Shown here piece by piece: positions 1 to 12,900 of a stretch of 64,000 bases of DNA. The notes under the pieces are model-generated. The model worked only from the letters and a program-made list of their open reading frames with translations. It searched no databases and was not told where the DNA came from. Every line of letters begins with the position of its first letter. Position 1 is the first letter of the stretch. This DNA comes from the human T2T-CHM13v2.0 reference genome, Homo sapiens, in the NCBI GenBank assembly GCA_009914755.4, contig CP086569.2:24032001-24096000 (forward strand), in the 5' to 3' direction. Position numbers and translations under genes: made by a program.

Positions 1-1595
1 TTAGGAAGTGGAGCCTTTGGGAGACGAATTATGTCATGAGGCCAGAGCTTTGGTGAATGGGATTGATGCCCTTGTAAAAGAGGACTCGGGGAGCTTAGTT
101 ACTCCTCCTACCATGTAAGAATACAGCAAGAAGTTGGCAGTCTGCACCCCAGAAAAGTGTCCTCACCAGAACCTCACCGTGCTGACACCCTGGTCTTGGA
201 CTTGCCAGTCTCCAAAACTGTGAGATACAAATTTCTGTTGTTTATAAGCCATCCAGGTTCAGGTATTGTTATTATAAGAGCCTGAACAGATTAAGAAAGG
301 TAGTACTGGGAGAGGGGTGCTGCTATAATAAATGCCTAAAACTATGGAATCAGTTTTGTAAATGGGTAATGGGTAGAGGCTGGAAGAGTTTTGACATGTA
401 TCCTAGAAAAATCCTACACTGCTGTGAACAGACCAGGCCATAAAGGGTGATTCTGATGAGGGTTCAGAAGGAGAAAAGGAGAGCTGTAGAGAAAACTTGA
501 CTCTTCTTAGAGAGTACCTAAGTAGTTGTGAAGAGACTTAGTAGAAATATAGACAGTAAAGACCATTCTGACGTGAGGAACATGTTATTGGAGACTAGAG
601 GAAAGACAATCCTTGTTACAAAGTAGCAACAAACTTGGATAAATCATGTTCATGTACTATTGTTTTGTGGAGTATTGCTTTTACTATAGCAGCCTGAACA
701 GATAATACTTCTATCTACACTAATGAATTGCTCCAAAACAATTGGCCCTTGAGGAGCCTATCTGCTTAACAAAAGTAAAATTTCCACATTTCCTTCTGAA
801 TTTTGCCTGTTAACAAATCTTTCAGTACTTTTTTCAAATGTTGGAATCAATCTCATCTCTACACCACTGACTGCCTACTCACACACATACTTCTCCCAGT
901 TGCTTTGAAACTGCTTTTTCTGCATCAGGAGGCATCACTACTGAGCAAACTCTTGCAAATCACAAGTTGAACACTTGTGGAGAAAGCAGAGAGAAAAAGC
1001 TGGTATAACTCACTCTTCTTCCTTTCCTCATCCCTAATCATGCTAACCTTCATTTCCTTAGTTTTATTCTTTCTACATTCATTTTTTGTTTCTTATCCAT
1101 TTTTGACAATACGAGTAATAGATAATATGTGCCCCTTTCTTTAAAATACTAAAAACATTCAGGTAGGCTTAAGTTACCTTTTGACCACCAGCTCTACATC
1201 CCAGATCCATTCCCAGAGATGGGTAGTTTGGTGTAAATCCTTTCAGATGTTTTTCTAGATGTTTCCTTTTATACACTTATAGGGAACATTTGATATTTGA
1301 ACTTACAGAACATATTTACTAACATAAAATATGTGGCATTTTTATTATACTTGTAATAGAGAAATTATATTCATATAATAAGTACTATGTATATGTATAC
1401 ATATTGTAGAAAATGTATGCTTACACTATATATTTATACTTAGAGGGTATATAGAGGGAATATATATTATTTGGGGTATATGTTCTTGAACAAAAATGCT
1501 ATTAAAATGTATGTAACTTGATTTTTTTCCTCCAAGAACATGACTCAGAAATACCTACATTAACAGGTAGATTTTTTTTCTTTTTTAGAAATGAG

Positions 1596-1712
1596 GTCTT
1601 GCTGTATTGCCCAGGCTGGCCTGGAACTCCTGGGTTCAAGTGATCCTCCCACCTCAGCCTATGAGTAGCTGGGACTATGGGGGTACACCATCACACCCAG
1701 TTACTCAGAAAT
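1596..1712 (-). mobile_element. Alu monomer-like fragment (mirror copy at 7219-7335 on +)
   Basis: gaaatgaggtcttgctgtattgcccaggctggcctggaactcctgggttcaagtgatcctcccacctcagcc... is the reverse complement of the Alu left-monomer consensus. Confidence 0.75.
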
Positions 1713-2287
1713 TTCTAATGTCAGCACATATATATATACTTAATTCCTTTTAACTTTGGCATAATTTTACATAATATGGATATGCCACCATTATTAGCCA
1801 TTCCCTGGTCAATGGACATTTAGGTCACTTGTGCTTTGTCGTAGTTATTAATAATATACAATGAACCTCTCTCATTGGAGCCAAATGAGTATTTATTTTT
1901 TCTGGGGGTGAACGCCAAGAGATATATCTGTCGGGTCATGGATATGCACATTTCAAATTTTAATAGATATCAGAAAATTGCCCTTTGAAGTGTTGTGCCA
2001 GTATGTACCAATTTACACTCCACCATTTGTGAGTTAGAGTCTTCATTTGTCTATTCACTTTCCAATATTGATATCACTGCTCTTTAATTTGCCAACCTGA
2101 TGGTCAAGAAGTGGCATCTCATTTTCATTTTACTTTGGTTTTCCCTGATTGCTCATGGAGTTAAACTTTTTTCTACTGTTTGTTGACTGTTTGGATTCCT
2201 CATTGCTGAGAGACCTGTTCATAGCCTCCGGTCATTTTTCATTTGAGTTGCTTGTCTTTATCATATTGTTTTGTGGTAATCTGGCTT

Positions 2288-2624
2288 CTTTCATTTTTTT
2301 GTTTGTTTGTTTGTTTGTTGTTTTGTTTTCTTTTGTTTTCAGGCAGAGTCTGGCTCTGTTGCCCAGACTGGTGTGCAGTGGCGCGATCTTGGCTCACTGC
2401 AACCTCTGCCTCCCAGGTTAAACTGATTCTCCTGCCTCAGCGTCCAGTGTAGCTGGGACTACAGGCACACACCACCACGCCTGGCTAATTTTTGTAGTTT
2501 TAGTACAGATGAGGCTTCACCATATTGGTCAGGCTGGTCTCGAACTCCTGACCTCAGGTGATCCACCCACCTCAGCCTCCCAAAGTGCTGGGATTACCGG
2601 CATGAGCCACCACACCCAGCCAGC
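2288..2624 (-). mobile_element. Full-length Alu with (CAAA)n-type tail (mirror copy 6307-6643 on +)
   Basis: (ttgt/tttg)n tract 2288-2340, then the reverse complement of an Alu (gagtctggctctgttgcccagactggtgtgcagtggcgcgatcttggctcactgcaacctc ... gggattaccggcatgagccaccacacccagcc). The mirror copy begins ggctgggtgtggtggctcatgcc at 6307. Confidence 0.9.
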
Positions 2625-3397
2625 TTCCTTCTTTATCTTCCTCCTCAGTCCCTCAGGCAAAGGTGCAGCGGTATTGGTGCCTCTTTGAAGTTCCACTTCA
2701 GTGTGATGAACTACAGTTACATTTATTTTCAAGAATTTCTTTTCCTAAACTGGAGAAATTTAAGCCATGAATCAGAGAGAAAGGGAAATCTCTGGTGTAA
2801 ACATTAACCACTGAAACTTTCAATGTCTTTGAACCCGTCAACTCTGCTGGACCTCTTTCTAAAAAACAGATGAGAGTTGTTACTCAAGTCAGTTAGCCCT
2901 TTAGTACTTTCAAACATTTTTTTTTTAGGAGCTCAAGGAATTGCCAGAGAGAAGGAGAACTGTTAGCTCTGATTTCTAAAGAGCTTTCCTAAATATTGAT
3001 TGCATTTTTTAGGCAATGCGACAATCTCAAAGCACTTTGCTAAGGGCGACATTGTGTTGAGGTCTAACTGTTAAATTTCTCATCTTGCCCCGATTCCCTT
3101 AATTTACAATGAGAATATCTGTAGAGAAATGAGGTGAGACATCAGGTGAGTAAATACACATTAACAGGGGCAGCATTTACAGATTAGCAGGGAAGGTTCT
3201 GATGACAACTTGATTAATGCAAAACTAAATTAATCAATCTCTGATCACCACAAAAAGGAGCGGGTGAAATGTTTCTTTTTTCCTCATGAAGGATTTTTTT
3301 TTTTTCTGTGACTTACGTGGCATTGACTGAAAAAAAAAAAAGTCCACAATTTCAAAACCCTTTTGGCAAAAACTTTATGTACCTCTAGCTAGCATTT

Positions 3398-5535
3398 CAG
3401 CCTGCATTAGCAAGTACAAGGAACTGAAAGGACTAAAGAAGAGAATACAGTCAAAGGAAAATCATGGAATAAAGAAAAACCAGGCACAGAGATAATATAC
3501 ATAATTTTTAAAAAAAGGAAGGAAGTGGAGGGAAACCTTTTTTGTTATTTCCAATACCTAGTCAGTCAACAAGTTTTATTTTGTTTTGTTCCGTTTTTAA
3601 GAGACAGGTCTCGTTCTGTCAGCTAGGCTGGAGTACGGTGGTGTTGTCATAGCTCACTGCAGTCTCAAATTCCTGGGCTCAAGGGATCCTCCCACCTCAG
3701 CCTCCCAAGAAGCTAATACTATGGGTTCATGCCACCATGTCCAGTTAATTTTGTTTTCATTTTTGTATTTTTTGTAGAGATGGGGTCTGATATGGTTAGG
3801 CTTTGTGTCCTCACCCAAATCTCATCATGAATTGTAATCCCCATAATCCCGAAATGTCAAGGGAGACACCAGGTGGCGGTAATTGAATCGTAGGGACAGC
3901 TTCCCCCATACCGTTCTAATGATAATGAGTTCTCATGAGATCTGATGGTTTTATGAGGGTGTCTTCCCCCTTCCCTTGGCAGTTTTTCCTGCTACCTTGT
4001 GAATAAGGTGCCTTGCCTCCCCTTCACCTTCCACCATGATTGTAAGTTTCCTGAGGCCTCTCCAGGCATGCTGAACTGTGAGTCAATTAGACCATTTTTC
4101 CTTTGTAAATTACTCAGTCTTGGGCAGTTATTTATAGCAGTATGAAAATGGCCTAATACAGTAAGTTGGTATGACTGAGAGTGGGGTGCTGCTATAAAGA
4201 TATCCAAGAATGTGGAAGCATCTTTGGAACGGGGTAACAGGCGGAGGTTGGAACAGTTTGGAGGGCTCAGAAGAAGACAAGAAAATGAGGGAAAATTTGG
4301 AACTTCCTAGAGACTTGTTGAATGTCTTTCACCAAAATGCTGATAATGATATAGACAATGAAGTCCAGGCTGATGTGGTCTCAGATGGAGATGAGGAACT
4401 TGTTGGGAAGCAGAATAAAGGTGACTATTGCTATAATTTAGCAAAGAGACTGGGAGCATTTTGCACCTACCCTAGAGATCTGTGGAACTTTGAGCTTGAA
4501 GGAGAAGATTTAGGGTATCTGGTGGAAGAAATTTCTCAGCAGCAATGTGTTCAAGAATTGACTTGGATGCTCCTAAAATCACTCAGTTTTATGCACTCAT
4601 AAAGAGATGGTTTGGAATTGGAACTTATGTTTAAAAGTGAAATGGAGTGTAAAAGTTTTGAAAATTTGTAACCTCATGATGTGACAGAAAAGAAAGAAAA
4701 ACCCATTTTCTGTTGAGAAATTTGAGCTGGCTTCAGAAATTTGCATAAGTAACAAGGAACCAAATGATAGTCACCAAGACAGTGGGGAAGATGTCTCCAG
4801 GGCATGCCAGAGAACTTCATAGCAGCCCCTCTTATTACAGACCTGGAGGCCTAGGGGGAAAAAATGGTTTCATGGGCTGGGCACAGGGCCTTGCTGCTTT
4901 GTGCAGTCTTGGGACTTGGTGCCATGCATCCCAGCCATGGGTAAAAGGGGATAACACAGAGCTCAGGCTATTGCTTCAGAGGCTGCAAGCCCCAAGCCTT
5001 GGCATCTCCCATGTGCTGTTGAGCCTGTGGGTGCACAGAAGCCAAGAAGTTAGGTTTAGGAACCTCTGCCTAGATTTCAGAGGATGCATGACAATGCCTG
5101 CATGTCTAGGGATCTGCCCCAGAATGGCACTGTGCTCCTGGAAAATACAAAATACATTCAATGCCAGCCTGTGAAAGCAGCCAGGAAGGGGGTTGTACTC
5201 TGCAAACCACAGGGGTGGAGCGCCTAAGGCCATGGGAACCCATCTCTTGTATCAGCATGATCTAGATATGAGACATGAAGTCAAAGGAGATCACTGCAGA
5301 GCTTAAGATTTGGCTGCCCTGAAGATTTCAGACTTTGCATGGGGTCTGCTGCACCTTCATTTTAGCCAATTTCACCCATTTGGAATGGGTGTATTTACTC
5401 AATGCCTGTACCCTCATTGTATCTAGGAAGTTACTAACTTACTTTTGATTTTACAGGCTCATACGTGAGACTTGCCTTGTCTCAGGTGAGACTTTGAACT
5501 TGGACTTTTGGGTGAAATGTTGGAACCTGGACCCA
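3398..5535. other. Non-palindromic spacer (~2.14 kb) between the palindrome arms; made of an Alu fragment plus an old interspersed repeat
   Basis: Arm homology ends at ...tacctctagctagcatt (3381-3397) on the left and resumes at ctagctagaggtac (5536) on the right. The sequence between has no internal mirror symmetry. Its ORFs 4210-4602 and 4764-5174 lie inside a recognisable primate interspersed repeat family (motifs tgtcctcacccaaatctcatc...gaattgtaatccccataatcc and tggaacagtttggagggctcagaagaagacaag). Confidence 0.85.
3597..3788 (-). mobile_element. Alu fragment (right-arm portion) inside the spacer
   Basis: gagacaggtctcgttctgtcagctaggctggagtacggtggtgttgtcatagctcactgcagtctcaaattcctgggctcaagggatcctcccacctcagcctcccaag...; no mirror copy, consistent with its position in the spacer. 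Confidence 0.75.
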
Positions 5536-8500
5536 ATGCTAGCTAGAGGTACATAAAGTTTTTGCCAAAAGGGTTTTGAAATTGTGGACTTTTTTTTTTT
5601 TCAGTCAATGCCACGTAAGTCACAGAAAAAAAAAAATCCTTCATGAGGAAAAAAGAAACATTTCACCCGCTCCTTTTTGTGGTGATCAGAGATTGATTAA
5701 TTTAGTTTTGCATTAATCAAGTTGTCATCAGAACCTTCCCTGCTAATCTGTAAATGCTGCCCCTGTTAATGTGTATTTACTCACCTGATGTCTCACCTCA
5801 TTTCTCTACAGATATTCTCATTGTAAATTAAGGGAATCGGGGCAAGATGAGAAATTTAACAGTTAGACCTCAACACAATGTCGCCCTTAGCAAAGTGCTT
5901 TGAGATTGTCGCATTGCCTAAAAAATGCAATCAATATTTAGGAAAGCTCTTTAGAAATCAGAGCTAACAGTTCTCCTTCTCTCTGGCAATTCCTTGAGCT
6001 CCTAAAAAAAAAATGTTTGAAAGTACTAAAGGGCTAACTGACTTGAGTAACAACTCTCATCTGTTTTTTAGAAAGAGGTCCAGCAGAGTTGACGGGTTCA
6101 AAGACATTGAAAGTTTCAGTGGTTAATGTTTACACCAGAGATTTCCCTTTCTCTCTGATTCATGGCTTAAATTTCTCCAGTTTAGGAAAAGAAATTCTTG
6201 AAAATAAATGTAACTGTAGTTCATCACACTGAAGTGGAACTTCAAAGAGGCACCAATACCGCTGCACCTTTGCCTGAGGGACTGAGGAGGAAGATAAAGA
6301 AGGAAGCTGGCTGGGTGTGGTGGCTCATGCCGGTAATCCCAGCACTTTGGGAGGCTGAGGTGGGTGGATCACCTGAGGTCAGGAGTTCGAGACCAGCCTG
6401 ACCAATATGGTGAAGCCTCATCTGTACTAAAACTACAAAAATTAGCCAGGCGTGGTGGTGTGTGCCTGTAGTCCCAGCTACACTGGACGCTGAGGCAGGA
6501 GAATCAGTTTAACCTGGGAGGCAGAGGTTGCAGTGAGCCAAGATCGCGCCACTGCACACCAGTCTGGGCAACAGAGCCAGACTCTGCCTGAAAACAAAAG
6601 AAAACAAAACAACAAACAAACAAACAAACAAAAAAATGAAAGAAGCCAGATTACCACAAAACAATATGATAAAGACAAGCAACTCAAATGAAAAATGACC
6701 GGAGGCTATGAACAGGTCTCTCAGCAATGAGGAATCCAAACAGTCAACAAACAGTAGAAAAAAGTTTAACTCCATGAGCAATCAGGGAAAACCAAAGTAA
6801 AATGAAAATGAGATGCCACTTCTTGACCATCAGGTTGGCAAATTAAAGAGCAGTGATATCAATATTGGAAAGTGAATAGACAAATGAAGACTCTAACTCA
6901 CAAATGGTGGAGTGTAAATTGGTACATACTGGCACAACACTTCAAAGGGCAATTTTCTGATATCTATTAAAATTTGAAATGTGCATATCCATGACCCGAC
7001 AGATATATCTCTTGGCGTTCACCCCCAGAAAAAATAAATACTCATTTGGCTCCAATGAGAGAGGTTCATTGTATATTATTAATAACTACGACAAAGCACA
7101 AGTGACCTAAATGTCCATTGACCAGGGAATGGCTAATAATGGTGGCATATCCATATTATGTAAAATTATGCCAAAGTTAAAAGGAATTAAGTATATATAT
7201 ATGTGCTGACATTAGAAATTTCTGAGTAACTGGGTGTGATGGTGTACCCCCATAGTCCCAGCTACTCATAGGCTGAGGTGGGAGGATCACTTGAACCCAG
7301 GAGTTCCAGGCCAGCCTGGGCAATACAGCAAGACCTCATTTCTAAAAAAGAAAAAAAATCTACCTGTTAATGTAGGTATTTCTGAGTCATGTTCTTGGAG
7401 GAAAAAAATCAAGTTACATACATTTTAATAGCATTTTTGTTCAAGAACATATACCCCAAATAATATATATTCCCTCTATATACCCTCTAAGTATAAATAT
7501 ATAGTGTAAGCATACATTTTCTACAATATGTATACATATACATAGTACTTATTATATGAATATAATTTCTCTATTACAAGTATAATAAAAATGCCACATA
7601 TTTTATGTTAGTAAATATGTTCTGTAAGTTCAAATATCAAATGTTCCCTATAAGTGTATAAAAGGAAACATCTAGAAAAACATCTGAAAGGATTTACACC
7701 AAACTACCCATCTCTGGGAATGGATCTGGGATGTAGAGCTGGTGGTCAAAAGGTAACTTAAGCCTACCTGAATGTTTTTAGTATTTTAAAGAAAGGGGCA
7801 CATATTATCTATTACTCGTATTGTCAAAAATGGATAAGAAACAAAAAATGAATGTAGAAAGAATAAAACTAAGGAAATGAAGGTTAGCATGATTAGGGAT
7901 GAGGAAAGGAAGAAGAGTGAGTTATACCAGCTTTTTCTCTCTGCTTTCTCCACAAGTGTTCAACTTGTGATTTGCAAGAGTTTGCTCAGTAGTGATGCCT
8001 CCTGATGCAGAAAAAGCAGTTTCAAAGCAACTGGGAGAAGTATGTGTGTGAGTAGGCAGTCAGTGGTGTAGAGATGAGATTGATTCCAACATTTGAAAAA
8101 AGTACTGAAAGATTTGTTAACAGGCAAAATTCAGAAGGAAATGTGGAAATTTTACTTTTGTTAAGCAGATAGGCTCCTCAAGGGCCAATTGTTTTGGAGC
8201 AATTCATTAGTGTAGATAGAAGTATTATCTGTTCAGGCTGCTATAGTAAAAGCAATACTCCACAAAACAATAGTACATGAACATGATTTATCCAAGTTTG
8301 TTGCTACTTTGTAACAAGGATTGTCTTTCCTCTAGTCTCCAATAACATGTTCCTCACGTCAGAATGGTCTTTACTGTCTATATTTCTACTAAGTCTCTTC
8401 ACAACTACTTAGGTACTCTCTAAGAAGAGTCAAGTTTTCTCTACAGCTCTCCTTTTCTCCTTCTGAACCCTCATCAGAATCACCCTTTATGGCCTGGTCT

Positions 8501-8929
8501 GTTCACAGCAGTGTAGGATTTTTCTAGGATACATGTCAAAACTCTTCCAGCCTCTACCCATTACCCATTTACAAAACTGATTCCATAGTTTTAGGCATTT
8601 ATTATAGCAGCACCCCTCTCCCAGTACTACCTTTCTTAATCTGTTCAGGCTCTTATAATAACAATACCTGAACCTGGATGGCTTATAAACAACAGAAATT
8701 TGTATCTCACAGTTTTGGAGACTGGCAAGTCCAAGACCAGGGTGTCAGCACGGTGAGGTTCTGGTGAGGACACTTTTCTGGGGTGCAGACTGCCAACTTC
8801 TTGCTGTATTCTTACATGGTAGGAGGAGTAACTAAGCTCCCCGAGTCCTCTTTTACAAGGGCATCAATCCCATTCACCAAAGCTCTGGCCTCATGACATA
8901 ATTCGTCTCCCAAAGGCTCCACTTCCTAA
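5536..8929. repeat. Right arm of the palindrome (portion whose mirror lies inside the window); the arm is inferred to continue rightwards through the DAZ gene
   Basis: Base-for-base reverse complement of 1-3397, including mirrored Alus (6307-6643 vs 2288-2624; 7219-7335 vs 1596-1712). Continuation beyond 8929 cannot be checked because the left arm is cut at window position 1. Confidence 0.9.
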
Positions 8930-9006
8930 TACCATCATTCATTCACGAACGCTCTGCCCTTAGGACCTAATTCATCTCCCAAAGGCTCCGCTTCCTGATA
9001 CCATCA
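8866..9006. repeat. Diverged ~70-bp tandem duplication at the outer edge of the in-window palindrome segment
   Basis: cattcaccaaagctctggcctcatgacataattcgtctcccaaaggctccacttcctaataccatc is followed by cattcacgaacgctctgcccttaggacctaattcatctcccaaaggctccgcttcctgataccatc. Confidence 0.7.
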
Positions 9007-10961
9007 CCCCAGGGACTAGAGTTTCAACATATGTACAGGTGAGAGGTTGAGTGGGGGCAAACATTCAGACCATAGTGTTGTTTAGGGCTTAGATTTGTGG
9101 TTTTGCTTCTTTGTTTAGCTACTCTCATGGGAACAAGACATTTAATACATAAATTTGTCCCACTATATTACCCCTTTCTTCCTCCATGTAGTTTGCTAAT
9201 ATAGCATACTGGTTGAGAACTCAGATGTTAAAGTCTGACTGGGTTTAAATCACAGCTCTGATGCCTACCAACTATGATCTCAGGCAAGTTATCCAACCTC
9301 TGTGTACCTCTACTTCCTTCTCCATAAAATTGAGATAATAATAGCACCTAGTATTGTTATGAGGATTAGATGAACTAGAAGTAAAATGATTACAATAATG
9401 CCTGGTACATAGTATGCACCGTATCAGTATCAGTGCCTTGTGTCAATATTATTACTTTTAACAAACTGATAATTTTTCAGTTAAATATTTAATATTTAGA
9501 ATCAAGAGGCCATCATGAAGATTATGCACGTTTGCTTCAGACCAATCCCAAAATTCAGACAATCTGCTTAGGAGATTTAAGTTTTGACTGAATAAACTAT
9601 TATTGCAGGTAGTAGGATTAAAGGTGAACAGGCAGGGCTTAAGCCAATGTTGCTCAGTTGATAGACATATCTGTAAGTATGCACAAGTGTACACGAGATG
9701 TGTGTTGCTATGCTGGACCACACGAATACAGGTCCAACAGAAGATGAGGCACCATACCCTGAGATTTAAATGGAATTGGTTTAAACATCTGCTAACATGC
9801 AATGGGAATAGCACATATTTCTTTCTATCTTGCTGGGCATACTGAGCTCATGATTTTTGCTTTTCCAGGTCACTTTTGGCTGTAAGCTACTGTTCCTACT
9901 GAATTATTTCATCTACATATCATCTTGCTGTGGATCAGCATGCTGTCCCTGACCCATGTTGCAACGGACAGTGTCCTTGACACTCCTCACAAAATACCGC
10001 TGACATAAGGCATTTGTGTGTGTACTGGAAGCTTGGTAAAGGTTGGACACTATAGCAGGACAGTATGCTACATAATCACAGTAAAGAGTCATAAATCTTT
10101 TAGCTGTTAACCTTCTTTTTAAAAGCAGTCTGGCTAACCTCACTCATCACCTAATGTAGTCAAGATGCTTCGTTGCAAGCAATAGTCACAGAAGTTTTGG
10201 CTGGTTTAAACAGGAGAACAACTTATTAAAATTTATTGGATAACTAGCCCACAGAATCTCAAAATGAACCAAAGAGCCAGGTTGTCTCCAGGAATGACAC
10301 ACAAAACCGTGCCGCAGAACTTGTCCAGTGAAGAAACCTCAGCTGTCACCACTGGGCACTGAGTTACATCGTGGCTTGCACAACTGACAGTAGTGGCCAC
10401 CGCAGCTCTAACCGATACCATGGCTGCCGCTGCTGCTGTTGATACTCTTCTCCAGAAAGAATTCTCTGCAGTCCCTTCTTTACAGCATCAGCAGTCCCCT
10501 CTTCAAAATTTGGGATGGGTGCATCTCACTGCTGTTGTGTAGGTTACCTGCCCAAGATGTAGCTGCAAGAAAGGCTGAGAAAGTAGACTATTTATTTATA
10601 AGGTGAAGCATTCTCAGATCCAGGGGGGGTGCAACTTGTTTATGACAAGCGCTCTCGATGGCAATGTTTCTTGACCGTCAGTCAGTGTGCACATGAGCCA
10701 TTTGGAGATCTTGTTAAAATGCAGACTCTGATTCAGTAGGTTTGGCATGGGACCTGAGATTTTACAGCACCCGCGTGATGTGAAGTTGCTGATCTGAGGA
10801 TTACATACACTGAGTAGCAAGCCTCCATAGCACCAATAGCACCAATTTTCAAATTTGGCCCCATATTGGAGTAACAAGACAAACATTTCCTTAAAAAAAA
10901 TATTGACTTCTGAGCCCTGCCCTCAGCTGATTTAGTTGGTTTGGGGTGAGGCACGGACATA

Positions 10962-11090
10962 CAAATTTTTTAAATTTGTTTAAAAAATAGTTAAATTTAT
11001 TTAAACAATAAATATAATTTTTAAAATTATATTTAAAAAATATAAATTATTTAAAACATATATAAAAAAAAGTTTCTAATATACTCAGAC
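10962..11090. repeat. AT-rich low-complexity / degenerate (TTTAAA)-like simple repeat
   Basis: aaattttttaaatttgtttaaaaaatagttaaatttatttaaacaataaatataatttttaaaattatatttaaaaaatataaattatttaaaacatatataaaaaaaa. Confidence 0.7.
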
Positions 11091-11142
11091 ATCTTTCACT
11101 GCAGGCTCCAACTTCTTGTCTCTTTGCAAGGTTAATTTCATT

Positions 11143-11422
11143 TTTCTGAGAAGGAGTCTCACTGTGTCACCCAGGCTGGAATGCAGTGGGGGCAATCTTG
11201 GCTCACTGCAACCGCCACCTCCCAGACTCAAATGATCCTCCCACCTCAGCCTCCTGAGGAGCAGGGACCACAGCTGCACACTGCCACACCCAGCTAATTT
11301 TTGGTATTTTTGGTAGAGACAGGGTTTTCCCATGTTCCCCAGACTGGTCTCAAACACCTGAACTTGGGCGATCCATCGGGCTCAGCCTCCCAAAGTGTGA
11401 GAATTACAGGTGTGAGCAAATA
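11143..11422 (-). mobile_element. Alu (minus orientation)
   Basis: ggagtctcactgtgtcacccaggctggaatgcagtgggggcaatcttggctcactgcaaccgccacctcccagactcaaatgatcctcccacctcagcctcc ... cccaaagtgtgagaattacaggtgtgagc. Confidence 0.88.
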
Positions 11423-12199
11423 AGCCAACCTGCAAGGTTACTTCTTTTCTCCAGCTTCCAGGACTTCCACTTCTCCCCCCAACCCCTTGCTTGGTTTCTC
11501 CCCTTGTAATTTGATTATTCTCATTTATTAGGCAGAACAATTTGAAACTCTACTCTTTAGTCCCTTGGGCCTAACTTTGCATATCTAAAGCTCTATGGAG
11601 TTCTGCTAGTCCAGTGTTTCCCAAAACCATGTTACCTGTTGACCTGGCAGAATGTGGTATGAAGTGACGCATAAACAAACAGTGTTTTAAATTTGAATCT
11701 TTCTGTATTTATTTTAATGTCACCGTTTAAAATGTAGCTAAAACAGTACATCTGATCTTGCAAATGTTATTGTTTAGGACAATAAGTTAATTTTAAAAAC
11801 AGGTAAATAATAATAGACGCTCAGGGCAGATAAAACAAAAATCTTGAAAATGATTTGCAAGTGATTGAAATTCAAGTGTGCCTATACAAACGTAGCCTTC
11901 TTTCCAAAGCCGTAGGCTTTAGGAGCACAGAAGAACTGGCAGAGGTGTTCAAAGACACCAGCATTTTTTCTTCTCCCCCAGCATATAGGAAGAAATATAG
12001 AGATCTATTTCTGAGCTGATACGAATTATGCCACTAATCTTACTTAACACATTGAAATGGATACAATCAGTTTTGATCCTAAAAATTTTTTAAGAGATTT
12101 CATAAGATTTCAAGAAAACAGCACCAGCCTTTAAAAAATTCATGATCTAAAGAAAATTCTAAGAATCACTTATGAAATATAAAATACAAATAATGTTTG

Positions 12200-12900
12200 A
12201 TCCCTTGACCAGCTAACCTTTAACAAGAAAATGGGTGAAACTGTTCAGAACTGTTAAGAACTAATACACAAATCCAGAAAGTGTTAAAACTCCTAAGCAG
12301 GCAAAATTTTTAAAAACTCCACACCTACTTACATCATTGTGAAAGTTCAGAACACCAAAGAAAAACTGATCTTACACAGCAAAAAGACTGACAGCAGATT
12401 TCTCAGTTGCAATAGAAACTAGAAGATAACAGAGTAATATGCTCAATATTCTGAGAGGGAAAATACTTTTAAACCTAGAATTATATATTCAGTATAATTA
12501 TGAAACAACAGGGAAAAATCAAAATATTTTAGGTAGAAAAAAACCCAAGAGTTTACCACATCACACTGTCACACAAGGAAATTATAAAGAATTTGCTACA
12601 GGCGTAAGGAAAATGATTCAGAAGGCAGATCTGAGATATGCAAAGAAATGGTAAGCAAAATGTTACTACATATGTGGATGGGTCTAAAAAAACGATGTCT
12701 AATTTATATGGTGAAACCAGGATAGAGCTAAAATAGTGAATAACATATAAACTGAGAGAGGGGAGGGTGTCCAAAGCTAAAACATCCTAAAGGCCTTTGT
12801 ATTATTCAAGAGGAGAGTAAAGCTATGTATTAGCTTTATATTTTAAGTTTACATTTTCAAATAGTAAAACAGTCACTTAAAAATATAGACTGCATTACTC
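12200..12900. mobile_element. Degraded ancient interspersed repeat (LINE-like, low confidence)
   Basis: A-rich degenerate sequence with short frame-shifted ORFs (12439-12654 +, 12553-12774 -). A ~45-bp inverted pair sits at 12395-12440 and 12970-13015. Confidence 0.3.

Larger units (their letters stand above)
1..3397. repeat. Left arm (cut by window edge) of a large inverted repeat/palindrome; reverse complement of 5536-8929
   Basis: Window start ttaggaagtggagcctttggg... is the reverse complement of 8850-8929. Six-frame ORFs 2149-2421(+)/6509-6781(-), 2243-2452(+)/6478-6687(-) and 2529-2732(-)/6198-6401(+) translate identically. Symmetry centre ~4466. The only arm difference I noticed is a 1-nt mononucleotide-run length change (3290s vs 5630s). 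Confidence 0.93.

Noticed and set aside
2149-6781. Pairs of identical ORFs on opposite strands (90, 69 and 67 aa at 2149-2732 and 6198-6781).
   Set aside because: A by-product of the palindrome. They are translations of mirrored Alu elements and their (CAAA)n tails.
10233-10560. ORFs around 10.2-10.5 kb (MVSVRAAVATTVSCASHDVTQCPVV... on the minus strand; MAAAAVDTLLQKEFSAVPSLQHQQSPLQNLGWVHLTAVV on the plus strand) as a possible gene fragment or processed pseudogene.
   Set aside because: No recognisable protein family, no splice signals and no poly-A; they overlap each other on opposite strands. Most likely chance ORFs in unique intergenic DNA.
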